Shown here: positions 50,665-62,665 of the stretch, piece by piece | How positions within the stretch are numbered: position 1 is the stretch's first letter | Layout: the number at the start of each line of letters is the position of its first letter | Assembly: GCA_030390025.1 (NCBI GenBank) | Contig: CM059431.1 | Span: 121,584,001-121,648,000 of the forward strand | Source: Squalus acanthias | Taxonomy: Eukaryota | Direction of reading: 5' to 3' | DNA length: 64,000 nt | Made by a program: the position numbers and the translations under genes | Notes under the pieces: generated by a model | What the model saw: the letters and a program-made list of their open reading frames with translations, nothing else | Told to the model about the DNA's origin: nothing | Database searches by the model: none

Positions 50665-51453
50665 CTGGAACCGGTGCAGCCTGCCTACCTGTGTCCCTTT
50701 GAAAGACACGCACAGGAGGGGGCCTCCTGTAAGGAGGCCAGGTTAAAAGAGCAGGCCTTGCGGGAGGAGAACGCCCGCTTAATGGGGAAAGTAGATGGGC
50801 TAGAAGGGCAGCTTAGAGACATAAAGGCAGCCTACAGGGTAGCCAGGAGCCGGGAGTATGAGGATTTAAACCATGGGCCCTGTGAGGAAAGGATAAAAGG
50901 TCTGACCCAAGCCCTATCCAAAGCCAGAGGGATGGTTTGCTCAACAACCCCGGCGGAATTCACCACCCCGCAGTTGCAAGCCATGGTAGCAGAGTTGCCC
51001 AAACTAAAACAGAATAGAAATCTGCAGCCTCCAGCAGGCGAGATTACACAGAATGCACAAACAGGGGCGGTGGCCTGTCATAGGGGAGGGGCCAAACCTG
51101 CGAGTGGGGACTCTCAGCCCCGGGTAGAACCGCAGGGCACACAGGCCGGTAAAGCAGCCTGTGTGAGGGGAGAAGACATTTTGGAAAAGTGTAGGATCTT
51201 TTCTTGGTCTTGGGATTCAGATGAGGAAGAGCTCGGAGAGCTCGACCAAGTTAGTGACCCGGTCGGAGAGGTGGTGGGGTCGGAGGACGGAGGTTTCGCC
51301 CCCGACCCAAGCATAGGGGAGATAGGGATTGCAAGTGGAGTTCCACTTACTGGGGAAACAAGTAGGGTGGAGTCGAAACCGCAGATCCCGAGCCCAGGGG
51401 GGCGGAGCCAGGGGAGACAGAGCCGGCGGCTGTGGTGGGACCACAGGCCGTGA
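50665..51453 (+). CDS. ORF2, in frame with gag after one TGA; contains a diverged second Gag coiled-coil segment
   Basis: Same frame as gag; 50734-50940 aligns ungapped to gag 49297-49503 (25/69 aa identical by hand). Confidence 0.7.
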   Translation: MEPVQPAYLCPFERHAQEGASCKEARLKEQALREENARLMGKVDGLEGQLRDIKAAYRVARSREYEDLNHGPCEERIKGLTQALSKARGMVCSTTPAEFTTPQLQAMVAELPKLKQNRNLQPPAGEITQNAQTGAVACHRGGAKPASGDSQPRVEPQGTQAGKAACVRGEDILEKCRIFSWSWDSDEEELGELDQVSDPVGEVVGSEDGGFAPDPSIGEIGIASGVPLTGETSRVESKPQIPSPGGRSQGRQSRRLWWDHRP

Positions 51454-51973
51454 CGGTGGAAGTCTCGGTTCCCTGTCCGTTGGTCCTGGAAATCTTGCCC
51501 AAGGTAGCCCTCCGTAGGTCAAGTCGGACACCCCAGCCCAGGAAGTTGTGGCCAAATCCCTCGTACACCCCCAGGCGTAAGTTCAAGGCAGCCCAGGGAG
51601 ATCCCAGTCCCAGCACAGCGTCGACAGGCTGCGGCAGATCAAAGGAAGGGGTCAGTTCCCCCCCGCCACTGGGAAAAGCTCGTGGCAGCCTTCGCAGACT
51701 TTAGGTAGGCCGCCCTGGGAACGGGCGGCGCTGTACAGTTAAGTTTAGGATAAGTTTAAGTTTATAGTTTTTTTAAGTTTGGTAAGATTGTAGTTTAATT
51801 TTTAAGTAACTGGTAAAATGATGGGAGTTAGTGATAGGAATAGTTAAAGTCTATCCAGCATACATGTCTTTTTACGTGAGACGAGGTCAAGGGACCCGCT
51901 CACCCTTCACAAAGGCCAGAGACTCTTGGGAGGCTGGCTACATCATTTTATCTGATCACAGGAACCAGGAAAG

Positions 51974-53814
51974 ATGGAAAGGATTCTGATAGTGCTCGCA
52001 ACGATCGGATATGGATTGGCCTATCGGGGCCTCACCAAGGATGTCGTTGTGTTTGGTTGCTCTGGGGACACGGCCCCCATCGCGACGGATGGGACCGGGT
52101 AGCGAGAGGCTGAGGAAACCGTCACTTATTTCCACAAGGGAAGGTGGCCGGGATGGCTGGGAACGAATTTGACGGAATACTCCAGCGCATCCGGATTTGC
52201 CTACAAAGAGACTTCTTCACTGTATCCCAGGGTGAGGATCATTGCACCCAGAATCAGCGTCACCGTCGGCAAAAGGATTTGTTTGACATGCAATGGGAAG
52301 GTCCCATTGAGCCGATGGTGGTGGTTACGGAAGTTAAGCAAGACTATGAGAAATTCCTCGGTCGAGTGGGAGCGATTGGGTAACAATACCCATCGGACAA
52401 TTACGGGGACTAATGGACAATTGAAAGTCTGTTGGGACAAATGGTGGGAACCGAATGAGGGAATATATGTGTGTATGTGGGATCAAAGTACGTTTGCCCC
52501 AAGGGTATATCCATATTTTTCCTACGACAGTGGCAGGATGACGGGAAAGGGATGAGGTGGGATCTCAGCACCAGGGGGTGTGGAGCTCCATTCTCTCCGA
52601 TCCCAGTAAACGCCACTGAACTCATCACGCACCCACACAAGTCTCCGCCCACGATTCCGGTGGCTTTGGCTCAGGAGGAAGGGTGCCCTAAAACCACTAA
52701 GGGGCCCGGGAATGGTCTGGTACTGGTGCCAACAGATCAGATACTATATCAAGGGGTACATTACGCGGTGGCCTCGGTGATTTTAAATCTCTCCGAGGTG
52801 CATTTACCAGAGTGGTGCCCCAAAGAAACGGAAAAATTGTACCAGGTCCTGTTAACAAACATGTTCAGGCAATTTTATGAGTTTGATTTTGCAGAGGTTG
52901 ACAAAACAAGCTTATACACCACACCACACGAAGTTTTGGGTCAGGTGGGGAGACAAAGAAGGGGTGTTGTGAACGATGTGTTCACTGCTTTTAATACGGG
53001 AACATCTGTGGTCAACGCTCTAGACAATGTGGAGCTGCAGACCCAGATCAACGGTTTAAAAACACAGTTAAAAAGCATCCTCAGAAACGAGAACAAGGTA
53101 GTAGGGTCTGATTTACATGAGGACCAGGCCATAACACTACACTTAAAAGAGATTATAGCAGAGCTGGAGAAGCATGCGAGAACGGTAAATGCCCTGATCA
53201 GGGAAGATCGGAACGCATCCGATCAAGCTGCGCAGAACGAGGTGTGCGTACTATACGGGGTGTGGTTACTGGGCGAGGGCCGCAGTAATTTGAAGGATTT
53301 AAAACAAGGTTTGGTCCCGTCCTGGATAAGTAACAAACACCTGCAGGCGCTCCACCCTTTTCAGAACGCATTAAGCCCGTGCCAGCTCAGGCTAGCCTCA
53401 GAGGCATACCCAGTCCCCGTGGACTGCGGACGGTCAAATCATACTATCATGGGGATAGTAGTACGGATGTCGGTGTTGGGCGACACAGCAAAGCCCGCCC
53501 CGGTGTACCGGGTGGAGAACATTGGTGTCATTCAGGGGGGAGCCCACATTCGCTACGCAGCGGTCCCACCTTACGTCATCCGCTGGGAGCAAACGATGAC
53601 AGGTACCGACCTTTCGGGTTGTCGTGGCTGGGGAGCACACATCATCCTGTGTCCCCAGCTCTTGAATGCCTTTTTAACACCACAATGCGGGTTCAGAACG
53701 GCTGGCGCGAAGCCCATGAATTGCACCATGGAAGCAATGACACAAGATCATATGCCCCCACAGGTGGCATACATAGGGGGTGGAACGTATTGCATTACCA
53801 CTGCAGCGCATTAA
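51974..53814 (+). pseudogene. env: Envelope glycoprotein: signal peptide, Ig-like domain, class I F-like fusion protein; TAG at 52100, frameshift ~52500-52550, C-terminus truncated
   Basis: MERILIVLATIGYGLA; VTVGKRICLTC..WWW..GQLKV..NEGIYVC; furin RQRR (52951-52962) + GVVNDVFTAFNTGTSVVNAL + heptad; Cys-rich region; no TM anchor. Confidence 0.85.
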
Positions 53815-54846
53815 TACCATGCCCTTATGCTCATCTATTGTCATAACAGAATCTGTTGTTAGCCAGCCCACCCCTTTCTTTACCGCTTTTTATAAATTCT
53901 TTGCTATTACGTTTATACAAGCTACAGGATTTATTTTTACACTCCTTCTTTTCCCTCTTTATTTTCCTGGTTTCCACGAATAGACATTAGAAAATGGGAC
54001 ACATGCTCTATTTGAATACTAAAGTCAAATTATTTGAAATTTTAACCTGCAATGAAATTAAAATTCATTCAAATTTGCTTGGAGAATTTTACTTATTTGG
54101 ATGACTTACTGGAATCCCTGATTCATCTTATTCAAGCTAAAAGTACAATTAAACAGAAATGAGTTAAAACAGCCAAATTGGAGGCATCTTGCTCAAAGTT
54201 TTGGAAACAAAATGCCAGCAAGAAGCAAATGTAAGATCTGCAGTGAAAATCTCCCGAGTCAAAATTAGAGTTTTGTGATGCATACAAATATGAAAGAAAG
54301 CGAAAAGAAGTGAAATACCCATGTTTGACCAAGTGGTTTACTTTCCAATAAGCCGGTGGATAGTCACAGTGTGAAATCAGGCAGGAGGTGGGTTAGGAGA
54401 TTCAGATTGGCATATTCTAGAGTTGGGTAGGGGTCGGGTTAGCAGAGGGTGCAGGACACCTAGGTGTGTTCACATACACAAATCTTTGAAGGTGCCAGGA
54501 CAAGTTGATAAGGCTGTTAAAAAAGCATACGGGATATACTTGGCTTTATAAATGATGGCAGCAGTGCCATTTTGGAGCTCACACTCCAGCCCATGCCCTC
54601 TCTTAACCTCACACAGCTGAACACGCGTTAAGCAGTATGAAGGACCCCCACCAGTGCTATTTAAAGGGATCAACAACTACTTACAAGTTAGATGCTGGTT
54701 GATTTCTTCTGGCTGTTGTTATGATTCTACAAGTGTTTGGTGCTTTCCATAGTTCTTTCAAGTTGCTGAAGTCGACAGGGAGTGGCAGGCGCTGAAGGAC
54801 TTTTTCCTGACTTCAAGGCATCTGCACGAATTAGTTTCTCCCAGAC

Positions 54847-55860
54847 ATGGGTGCACTAGTTGGCATTCCCCTTGGAATACAGCATGACTGGGAGAATGAG
54901 CAGAGGCTGCACAGAGCAGGACAAGCTACTAGAAGAGGGAGGAGGGGGAGATGGGTTCTCAGCTGGAGGCTATATCCATCCAGGGTGTCCAGGGAGCAAT
55001 TCTCCTACCTGAACCTCAGCGAGGAACAATGTGTGAGATGTCTGAGCTTCAATAAGGACCTCCTCACTGTAATCTGTCACCTGCTGCAGCCACAACTGCA
55101 ACCTCAATGGAGGGCAAGGACCTCATTGCCAGTGGCTGTGAAGGTGACCATGGCGATCAACTTTTATGCGTCTGAATCCTTCCAGGTGGGAGCTGGAGAT
55201 ATTTTCAACATCTCGCAGTTTCCCGTCCACTGTTGCATAAGGGTGGTCATTGAGGCTCTCTATTCAAAGAGAACTGACTACATTTCATTCTCTCTGGTAG
55301 AGACCAGCAGGTGGAGTGAGCATACAGGTTCACTAGGATTGCAGGCTTCCCCATGGTGCAGGGTGCCATTGACTGCACGCACATTGCTTTGCGAGCGCCG
55401 CATGTCAACTCTGCCATACACCGGAACCGAAAGGGATTGCACTCTCTCAACGTCCAGCTGGTGTGCGACCAGAGGTAGCGAATCATGCATGTCAATACCC
55501 GGTATCCTGGCAGCAGTCACAACGCCTTCATTCTGCAGCTGTCCGCTGAGTCTTCTGCATTTGAGCCACCATGGCAAACCAAAGGGTGGCTACTGGGCGA
55601 CATGGCTCCTGACTCTGGTGAAGAACCCACACACACGTGAACAGCATGCATACAATGAAAGTCATGCTGCCACATGAAATGTGATAGAGTAGACCATAGG
55701 CATGCTGAAACGATGATTCTGCTGCCTGGACTACTCTGGAGGAGCCCAGAAGTACTCGGCAGAGCAGGTGTCAAGATTCGTCGTGGTCCACCGCACAACC
55801 TCGCCATTATAAGGCAGCAGTCCTTGCCACCAGCTATACAACGAGCAGCTGAGGAGCAGG
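54847..55860 (+). pseudogene. Harbinger transposase (HARBI1-like), disrupted
   Basis: YPSRVSREQFSYLNLSEEQC, GFPMVQGAIDCTH, YPGSSHNAFIL, YNESHAAT. Confidence 0.9.
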
Positions 55861-57085
55861 ACTAACATCTCTGGGCCTAACATAGTCAGTTAAATTGCCT
55901 ATGGGACTGTCTGAAACCAAGGGAGAAAATTAGATTTTCTCTTACCTTTAGTTTTCTAAGGAATCTTGTAGCCACAAAGTCTTGGTCCTTAATGTATATT
56001 CATTTAATTCAGTATCTCCCCTACCACATCCGTCAACTATCCCCTTCTGTATAAATTTTAGCTCTGTCACTCCAAAATATTAGTATGATTAAAAAACACT
56101 TCCGTTATTCACACTCAGTTATTTTTTTCTACCCCTTTCAATTGTACAAATAATTTTTTTCATTCTATTCGCTAAGTCCTCCATCTTGTGTGCTTAAGTA
56201 TAAACAATGCATCCTCCACAGCTTTGTCCTTGGGATACAAACATGCCACAGTTTGCAACACAGAGTTGACGCCAGTGCTGCCATTTTCATCGTCATCGCT
56301 GGAGCTAACGCCCTGAGTTAACCTCGCCAAGCTGAACATGCAGTCAGCAGCACGAAGGACCCCACAACAGTGCTATTTAAAGGGATCATCACCAACTTTC
56401 AGGTAACTTGCTTCTTGATTTCTATTGGCTCTGCGTTAGATTGTAGAAGTCTTTGGTGCTTTCCACAGTTGTTTGAAGCTGTTGAGTTGACAGGGAGTGG
56501 TGCTGCAAGTGGAGAAGGCCTTGGTTCTGACTTCAGGGTTCTGGTCAGACCACTTGCTCCCAGTCATGGGTGCTGTAGTTGCCATCCTCCTTGGCCTGCA
56601 GCATGACAGGGAGATGGAGCAGAGGCAGCAAAGAAGAGGAGAAGCTACTCGCAGAGGGAGGAGGGGGAGAAGGGCTCTCAGCGGGAGGCCTTACGCACCT
56701 AGGGCGCAATCTTACCAGCCCTGGGGAGGTGGGTTTGGAGGCAGGACTGCCGGGAAAATGGCGGAATCTGGGGGCGGGTCCCCATCCCGCCCCCAACCCG
56801 CCTCCGTGCCATCTTCCCAGGACGCGGGTAGCCGACCCGCGCTGGGTCCCCACTCCTGGACGCGGGAAGGGGATTACAGCCATTTAACTGCCTGTTAACA
56901 GGTCGTTAACAGGCAGTTAAGAGGATTATCCCCATTTTTCCAACTGAGGCGCGGGCTTCCCGGTGTCGGGAAACCCCGCCAGGGTCACCGAGGCGAGCAG
57001 TGGGTCTGCAGGGGTCAGCGGGGTGCAAAAGTGCGCTGTGAAGGTAAGTGATGGGTGCAAGTGTGGAGAGGTAAGGATGTGACTC

Positions 57086-57790
57086 CCAGATCTCGTTGCA
57101 CTTCCCCTTTTCCAAATCTATTGCCGTTCAGATAATAATCAGTCTTCCTGTTTTTGCCACCAAAGTGGATAACCTCGCATTTATCCACATTATACTGCAT
57201 CTGCCATGCATCTGCCCAATCACCCAATCTGTCCAAACCATACTGGAGTTTCTCGGCATCCTCCTCACAGCACACACGCCCACCCAGCTTTGTGTCGTCT
57301 GCAAACTTAGAGATATTATATCTAGTTCCCTCGTCTAGATCATGAATATATACTGTGAATAGCTGGGGTCCTAGCACCGATCCCTGTGGTACCCCACTAG
57401 TCACTGCCTGCCACTCGGAAAAAGACCCGTTTATTCCAACTCTTTGCTTCCTGTCTGCCAACCAGTTCTCTATCCAAATCAGTACCTCACCCCAATCCCA
57501 TGTGCTTTAACTTTGCACGCTAATCTCTTTTGCGGGACCTTATCGAAAGCCTTCTGAAAGTCCAAATACACCACATCCACTGTTTCTCCCTTATCTATTC
57601 TACCAGTTACATCCTCAAAAAATTCCAGTAGATTAGTCGGGCATGATTTCGCTTTTGTAAATCCATGTTGACTTTGTCCGATCCTGTCACTGTTTTCCAA
57701 GTGCTCTGCTACTACATCTTTTATAATGGACTCTAGCATTTTGCCCACTACCGATGTCAGGCTTACCGGTCTATAATGCCCCGTTTTTTC
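57086..57790 (-). mobile_element. CR1 LINE RT internal fragment
   Basis: ORFs 57015-57461 and 57479-57913: YRPVSLTS, GVPQGSVLGP, KFADDTK. Confidence 0.9.
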
Positions 57791-58499
57791 TCTACCGCCT
57801 TGTGCTGCAATGGAAGCTAAGACTTCAGCCATCAGACGTGGCATGATGGCTGGGTCCATAAGTGCGTTTATGGATCTGCCCACCCCTTCCATGCTGGAAA
57901 GGATGGGCTCCAAGCTCTGCCCAAAGCCCTGTGCTCTAGGCTGGAGCTGGACTCCTCCATATTTCTTGACATTGCATTCAGGCTTTCTGGCAGGCCTGCT
58001 AATGCACCAATCATTTCATTCTGCATACCCATCAACGTTGTTCTGTAGGCCACCCCATCGAGTCCTCATCTGCGTCCTGTGCAGCAGAACTCATGAGCGA
58101 CCTCGGCCCTCCAGGGAGATGGCACTTGTGCTACTCTTGCCTCCTGCCCTGGCTGCAGCCCACTCATGCCTAGTGTCTCACCACGTGCACATCCCACGTC
58201 TAACCTATCCTCTAAAGTATATGGAGTGTCAGTATCTGAGCTGGTGGCTGGGAGTGTAAAATCAAGTGACAGTGTTTCGTCTTCTTCTTCACTCTCCTCT
58301 CCCTCTTCTTGTTGAAGCACTGGCTGGGCAGGCTGGATTTCTTGAGTGTCTGAAAGGAGAAAGGAACAAGGGTAGGGTTGTGGTGAGGGGGAGTGGGGGA
58401 AAAGCAAAAGGTGCATGCTTACACCATGGGCAGATTGTAAATCAGAAGAGAATGTGGGATGAAGGGGGAAGTGGGATGAGAGAAGGAGGATAATGTATG

Positions 58500-61400
58500 C
58501 AGAACATAAGATTTAAGAGCAGGAGTAGGCCATACAGCTCCTCGAGCTTGCTCCACCATTCAATAAGATCATGGCTGATCTTTGACCTCAATTCCACTTT
58601 CCCGCCCGATCTCCATATCCCTTGATTCCTCGAGTCCAAAAACCTATCTATCTCAGCCTCGAATATAATCAACGACTGAGCCTCCACAGCCCTTTGGGGT
58701 AGAGAATTCCAAAGATTCACAACCCTCTGAGTGAAGAAATTCCTCCTTATCTCAGTCTTAAAATGCCGACCATTATCCTGAGACTATGCCCTCTAGTTCT
58801 CCACTCTTCAGCCAGGGGAAACAGCCTCTCAGCATTTATCCTGTTAATCCCCCTCAGAATCTTATATGTTTCAATGAGACCACCTCTCATTCTTCTAAAC
58901 TCCAGAGAGTATAGGCCCAATATAGGTAGTGTGGTGCAATGGGGAGTTACCGACCTGACTCACTTTCCTCATTGGTTGACTGTTGGACACCAAAGGGTCT
59001 GCTGGGGTTCCAGGAAGCCAGCTTGAAGATTGTGGAAGAGGCAAAGATTTCCCTGTTAAGGTACTTCCACGCCTCTCTTCCAGGACAAACTTGAGGACTT
59101 GTGGCTTTCGCTGGACTGCAGCAGTTACCAGAAGGACCCATTGCCGGCAGCCAGGTATTCAGCCATTTCTGCACTCTGTTTCCTGCCTTCAATCTACTTA
59201 ATCTCTCCTCATAGGACAACCCTCTCATCCCAGGGATCAATCTAGTGAACCTTCATTGTACTGCCTCTAAGGCAAGTATGTCCTTCCTTAGATAAGGAGA
59301 CCAAAAATGTGCACAGTACTCCAGGTGAGGTCTCACCAAAGCCCTGTACAATTGTAGTAAGATCTCCTTACTCTTGTACTCCAACCCCCTTACAATAAAG
59401 GCCATCATGCCATTTGTCTTCCTAATGCCTTGCTGTACCTGCATGCTAACTCTCTGGCCGGAATGTTACCAGTGCTCAGCGGACAGGATCGGTGGTGGGT
59501 CGGCAGTTAAATGTGAATTGATTGACAGCGGGTCGAGGACCTTTGCACACTTGTCTTTCCCGATATAGGGTCTGCCAGCACTGAGCAGACCCAACAGGCA
59601 GCGGTGGGGGAGCCAATTTAAAGGATCAGTGGCTTGTTTACGGACACTTAACAATGGTTTTAAATTTACCTATTGAAATTAATAGCTCGCCCATGGATTT
59701 CACGCTGTTGCTAGACCACGTCTGTGAAGCTGAGGTGGGAAGTCAGTGGCCATTGAATCAGCTGATGAGTTCACAGCTTCAAATATCAAGCAAAAGCCCC
59801 CACCTTACAGAGATATCTCCCCTCAGCCATAAGCTCTTCCTCACTGCATTTCCACAACAGATTCACCATGCTGCAAGTCTTTACATAAGTGTCCATCCAG
59901 CCTCACTTCATTACCTCTCCCACCATTGACAGATCGCATTTGTCAACTCTACTTCACCTGCCATCTATTCCATCAGCATGGGAGCCCTTTATACTCTCTC
60001 ACCTTGGTCCTCAGAATCCCACCACGATCAGCCCCAACACCAGCAGTACCAAGAACAATGCCAACCTTCTCCATAATCACCTGATGCTGCACAGGACACA
60101 GGACATCAGCACCCGAGCACATTGCTGCCCTGGATGCCAGGGATAGCCTCACCATGGCCAGATTTACTTCACTTGACACTGTACACCCTGGCTGCCACAT
60201 GATGCACCAGGTTGACAACACCCCACACCAACAACATAAAGCATCCCTACAATGCCCAAGTCATTCCTTTCACACTCATGACCACTGCCGGGGGGGGGGG
60301 GGGGCGGTGGGGGGCGGGGGAGGTACCGTTATGTCTCACCATTCACTGCAACTCACAAAGCCACTTCCAAAGGTTCACACAAATCTGTACAAGAAAGCAG
60401 TGTTGAAAATAAAGGTTTCAATGTTTGACGCCATATTAATGGAAACTTTACATGAACATTGCATAAAAAACCTAAGTGCCTACCCTTGTGTGTTGTTAGT
60501 TGGTATGATTGCACTCAGATGAGGGTGAGTGTGAGACGTGGCTAGTGAGATGGGGATGTGATAATGTAGATAGAGAGGGATGGGTGGAGGTGCAAGGTAA
60601 GTTGGTGTGAGTAAGGATGTGCAGGAGTAGGGTAGGGAAAGCAAAGTGATGGGGATGTGTTGAGTGGCACAGCAGGATGAGGTTGAGTGTGGCTTTGTAC
60701 TAACGTTTCATGATCTAATGACATCATTGAAAGGTTTGCGCCACTGCAGCCTGGTCCTCCTAATGACATCCCTGCTTGTGCCCTCCTGTGCAATGTGCAA
60801 GCAGGCTGTGTTGGTGTCCTGGGGAAGTGTCTTCCGCCCATTGGAAGGGAAGAGGATGTCCCTGCGTGCTGTGACTTCCTCCATAAGCATATGGAGGGAG
60901 TCATGGGAGAGCCTGGGTGCAGCCGTGCACCTCTGTGTAGTTCTTGTCAGTCATTGCAGCACCTGAATGCTGTACATGGTCCCTTTAAGGAAACTGGCTG
61001 ATGACGCATCATCAAATGACGTCACCAGACCCGCTTCCTCTAATTGGCTGGGAAATGCGCTGGGCGCGGCTTAACAAGCCCAATCAACTGAAATTCATTT
61101 CAGACAGTGGGATGGAGCCAACAGCGGGGTCAGGACCCGCCACCGATATCGCCCGCCACGGACCCGCCGAGGTCAGCAAAATCGTGGCCTCTGTGTTTCT
61201 TGTACTAGGACACCTAAATCTCCCCGAACACCAACATTTAACAGTGTTTCACCATTTAAAAAATATTCTGTTTTTCTATTCTTCCTACCAAAATAAACAA
61301 CCTCACACTTCCCCACATTATACTCCATTGGCCACCTTATTGCCCACTCACTTAAACTGTCTATATCCCTTTGCAGGCTCTTTGTGTTCTCCTCACAGCT

Positions 61401-61845
61401 TACTTTCCCACCTAACTTTGTATCATCAGCAAACTTGGATACATTGCACTCGGTCCCTACATCTAAGTCATTAATATAGATTGTAAATAGCTGAGGCCCA
61501 AGTACTGATCCTTGCGTCATCCCACTAGTTACAGCCTGCCAATCTGAAAATGACCCATTTATTCCTACTCTGTTTTCTGTCCATTAACCAATCCTCTATC
61601 TATGCTAATACATTAACCCCAACCCCATGTGCCCTTATCTTGTGTAACAACATGTGGCACCTTATCGAATGTCTTTTGGAAATCCAAATATACTACATCA
61701 ACTGGTTCCCCTTTATTTACCCTGCTAGTTACATCCTCAAAAAGCTCTAATAAATTTGTCAAACACGATTTCCCTTTCATAAAACCATGTTGACCCTGCC
61801 TAATCATATTATGATTTTCTAATTGCCCTGTTACCACTTCCAGTA
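58500..61845 (-). mobile_element. CR1 LINE split by a ~270-bp insert (58921-59189) and a Harbinger element (59456-61189)
   Basis: Collinear RT pieces 61845-61190, 59455-59190, 58920-58500. Confidence 0.85.
59456..61189. mobile_element. Non-autonomous Harbinger element
   Basis: GGCCGGAATGTT/AAAATCGTGGCC ends, TSD TCT, interrupts CR1; homologous to 7230-10366. Confidence 0.85.
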
Positions 61846-62665
61846 AGATATCGGCATCCTCTATTGTTTCAGCCCAGTTGCAGGCCATGGGCTTCAGCCA
61901 TGCCCCTGCCAAGAATGGCCAGCACCGTCTCCCCCCCTGGGGGTGAGGTCATGCAGGCGAGCCTGTCTCCCGCCAGTTAAGTTCTTCTGTCATCGATTAT
62001 GCACCACCTTTTCCTGCAAAATGAAGGCAAGTGTATCAGTGAATGTGGTGCAATGTGTTTGGGTGATGTGGCTATCGTGGTTGAATAGCTGACAGTGTGT
62101 TCAAGTTGTGAGATGTGAGTGTGAGGCTTGCAGCAGTTTCTGCGGGTGAGGTGAAACTATGAATATGAGGTATGAGTCGTGTTTGGTATAGATTGCTGGT
62201 AGGTGAGTGATGGGGGTGTGATGCATTAAGCAATGTGTGAGGCTAGTGTTGCAGATGATGGGACATGGCATTTGAAGATGAATTCGCTGACCTTGACAAC
62301 TCGTGTAAGGTCACTAAACTTCTTCCTCACTGTGTCCATGTCCTTGGGGCTACACTGCTGGCATTTACCACAGTGGCTATCTGCTCTCACTGCACTCTGG
62401 TCTGTTGCCTGGAGGGCCTCCTAGCCCCCTGTGGAAAGAGGACCTCTCTCCTGGAGTTGACCTCCTGGACCAATTAATTGGAGCTAGCCTTGCACAAACT
62501 TGGGCCCCCTGCTGAGCAGCGTGTTAAGTGCTTGGCTGAATGCTACAGCCATTCAAATGAGCAGGCAGCACACAGTTTGCGTGCTGCCTGCTGTCTTTCA
62601 AACGGAACGGGTTGCTATCGCATCGCGATCCCCGTGCCCATTTTCAGGGTTATCGAATTTCTAAG

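Larger units (their letters stand above)
47198..53814 (+). mobile_element. Endogenous retrovirus-like LTR element (lokiretrovirus-like), pol-less, 3'-truncated
   Basis: 5' LTR, PBS, gag, in-frame ORF2, F-like env; no RT/IN motifs; no adjacent 3' LTR. Confidence 0.85.
56270..62665. mobile_element. Composite Harbinger remnants (transposase start + ~56566-56700; Myb pieces - ~57795-58490 and ~61850-62480) with nested insertions
   Basis: RGRRGRRALSGRPY; DTQEIQPAQPVLQQEE; homology to other Myb remnants; may be more than one element. Confidence 0.6.

Noticed and set aside
54240..54345. Tigger/pogo HTH fragment (ERKRKEVKYPCLTKWF)
   Set aside because: Too short, no TIRs or DDE region found
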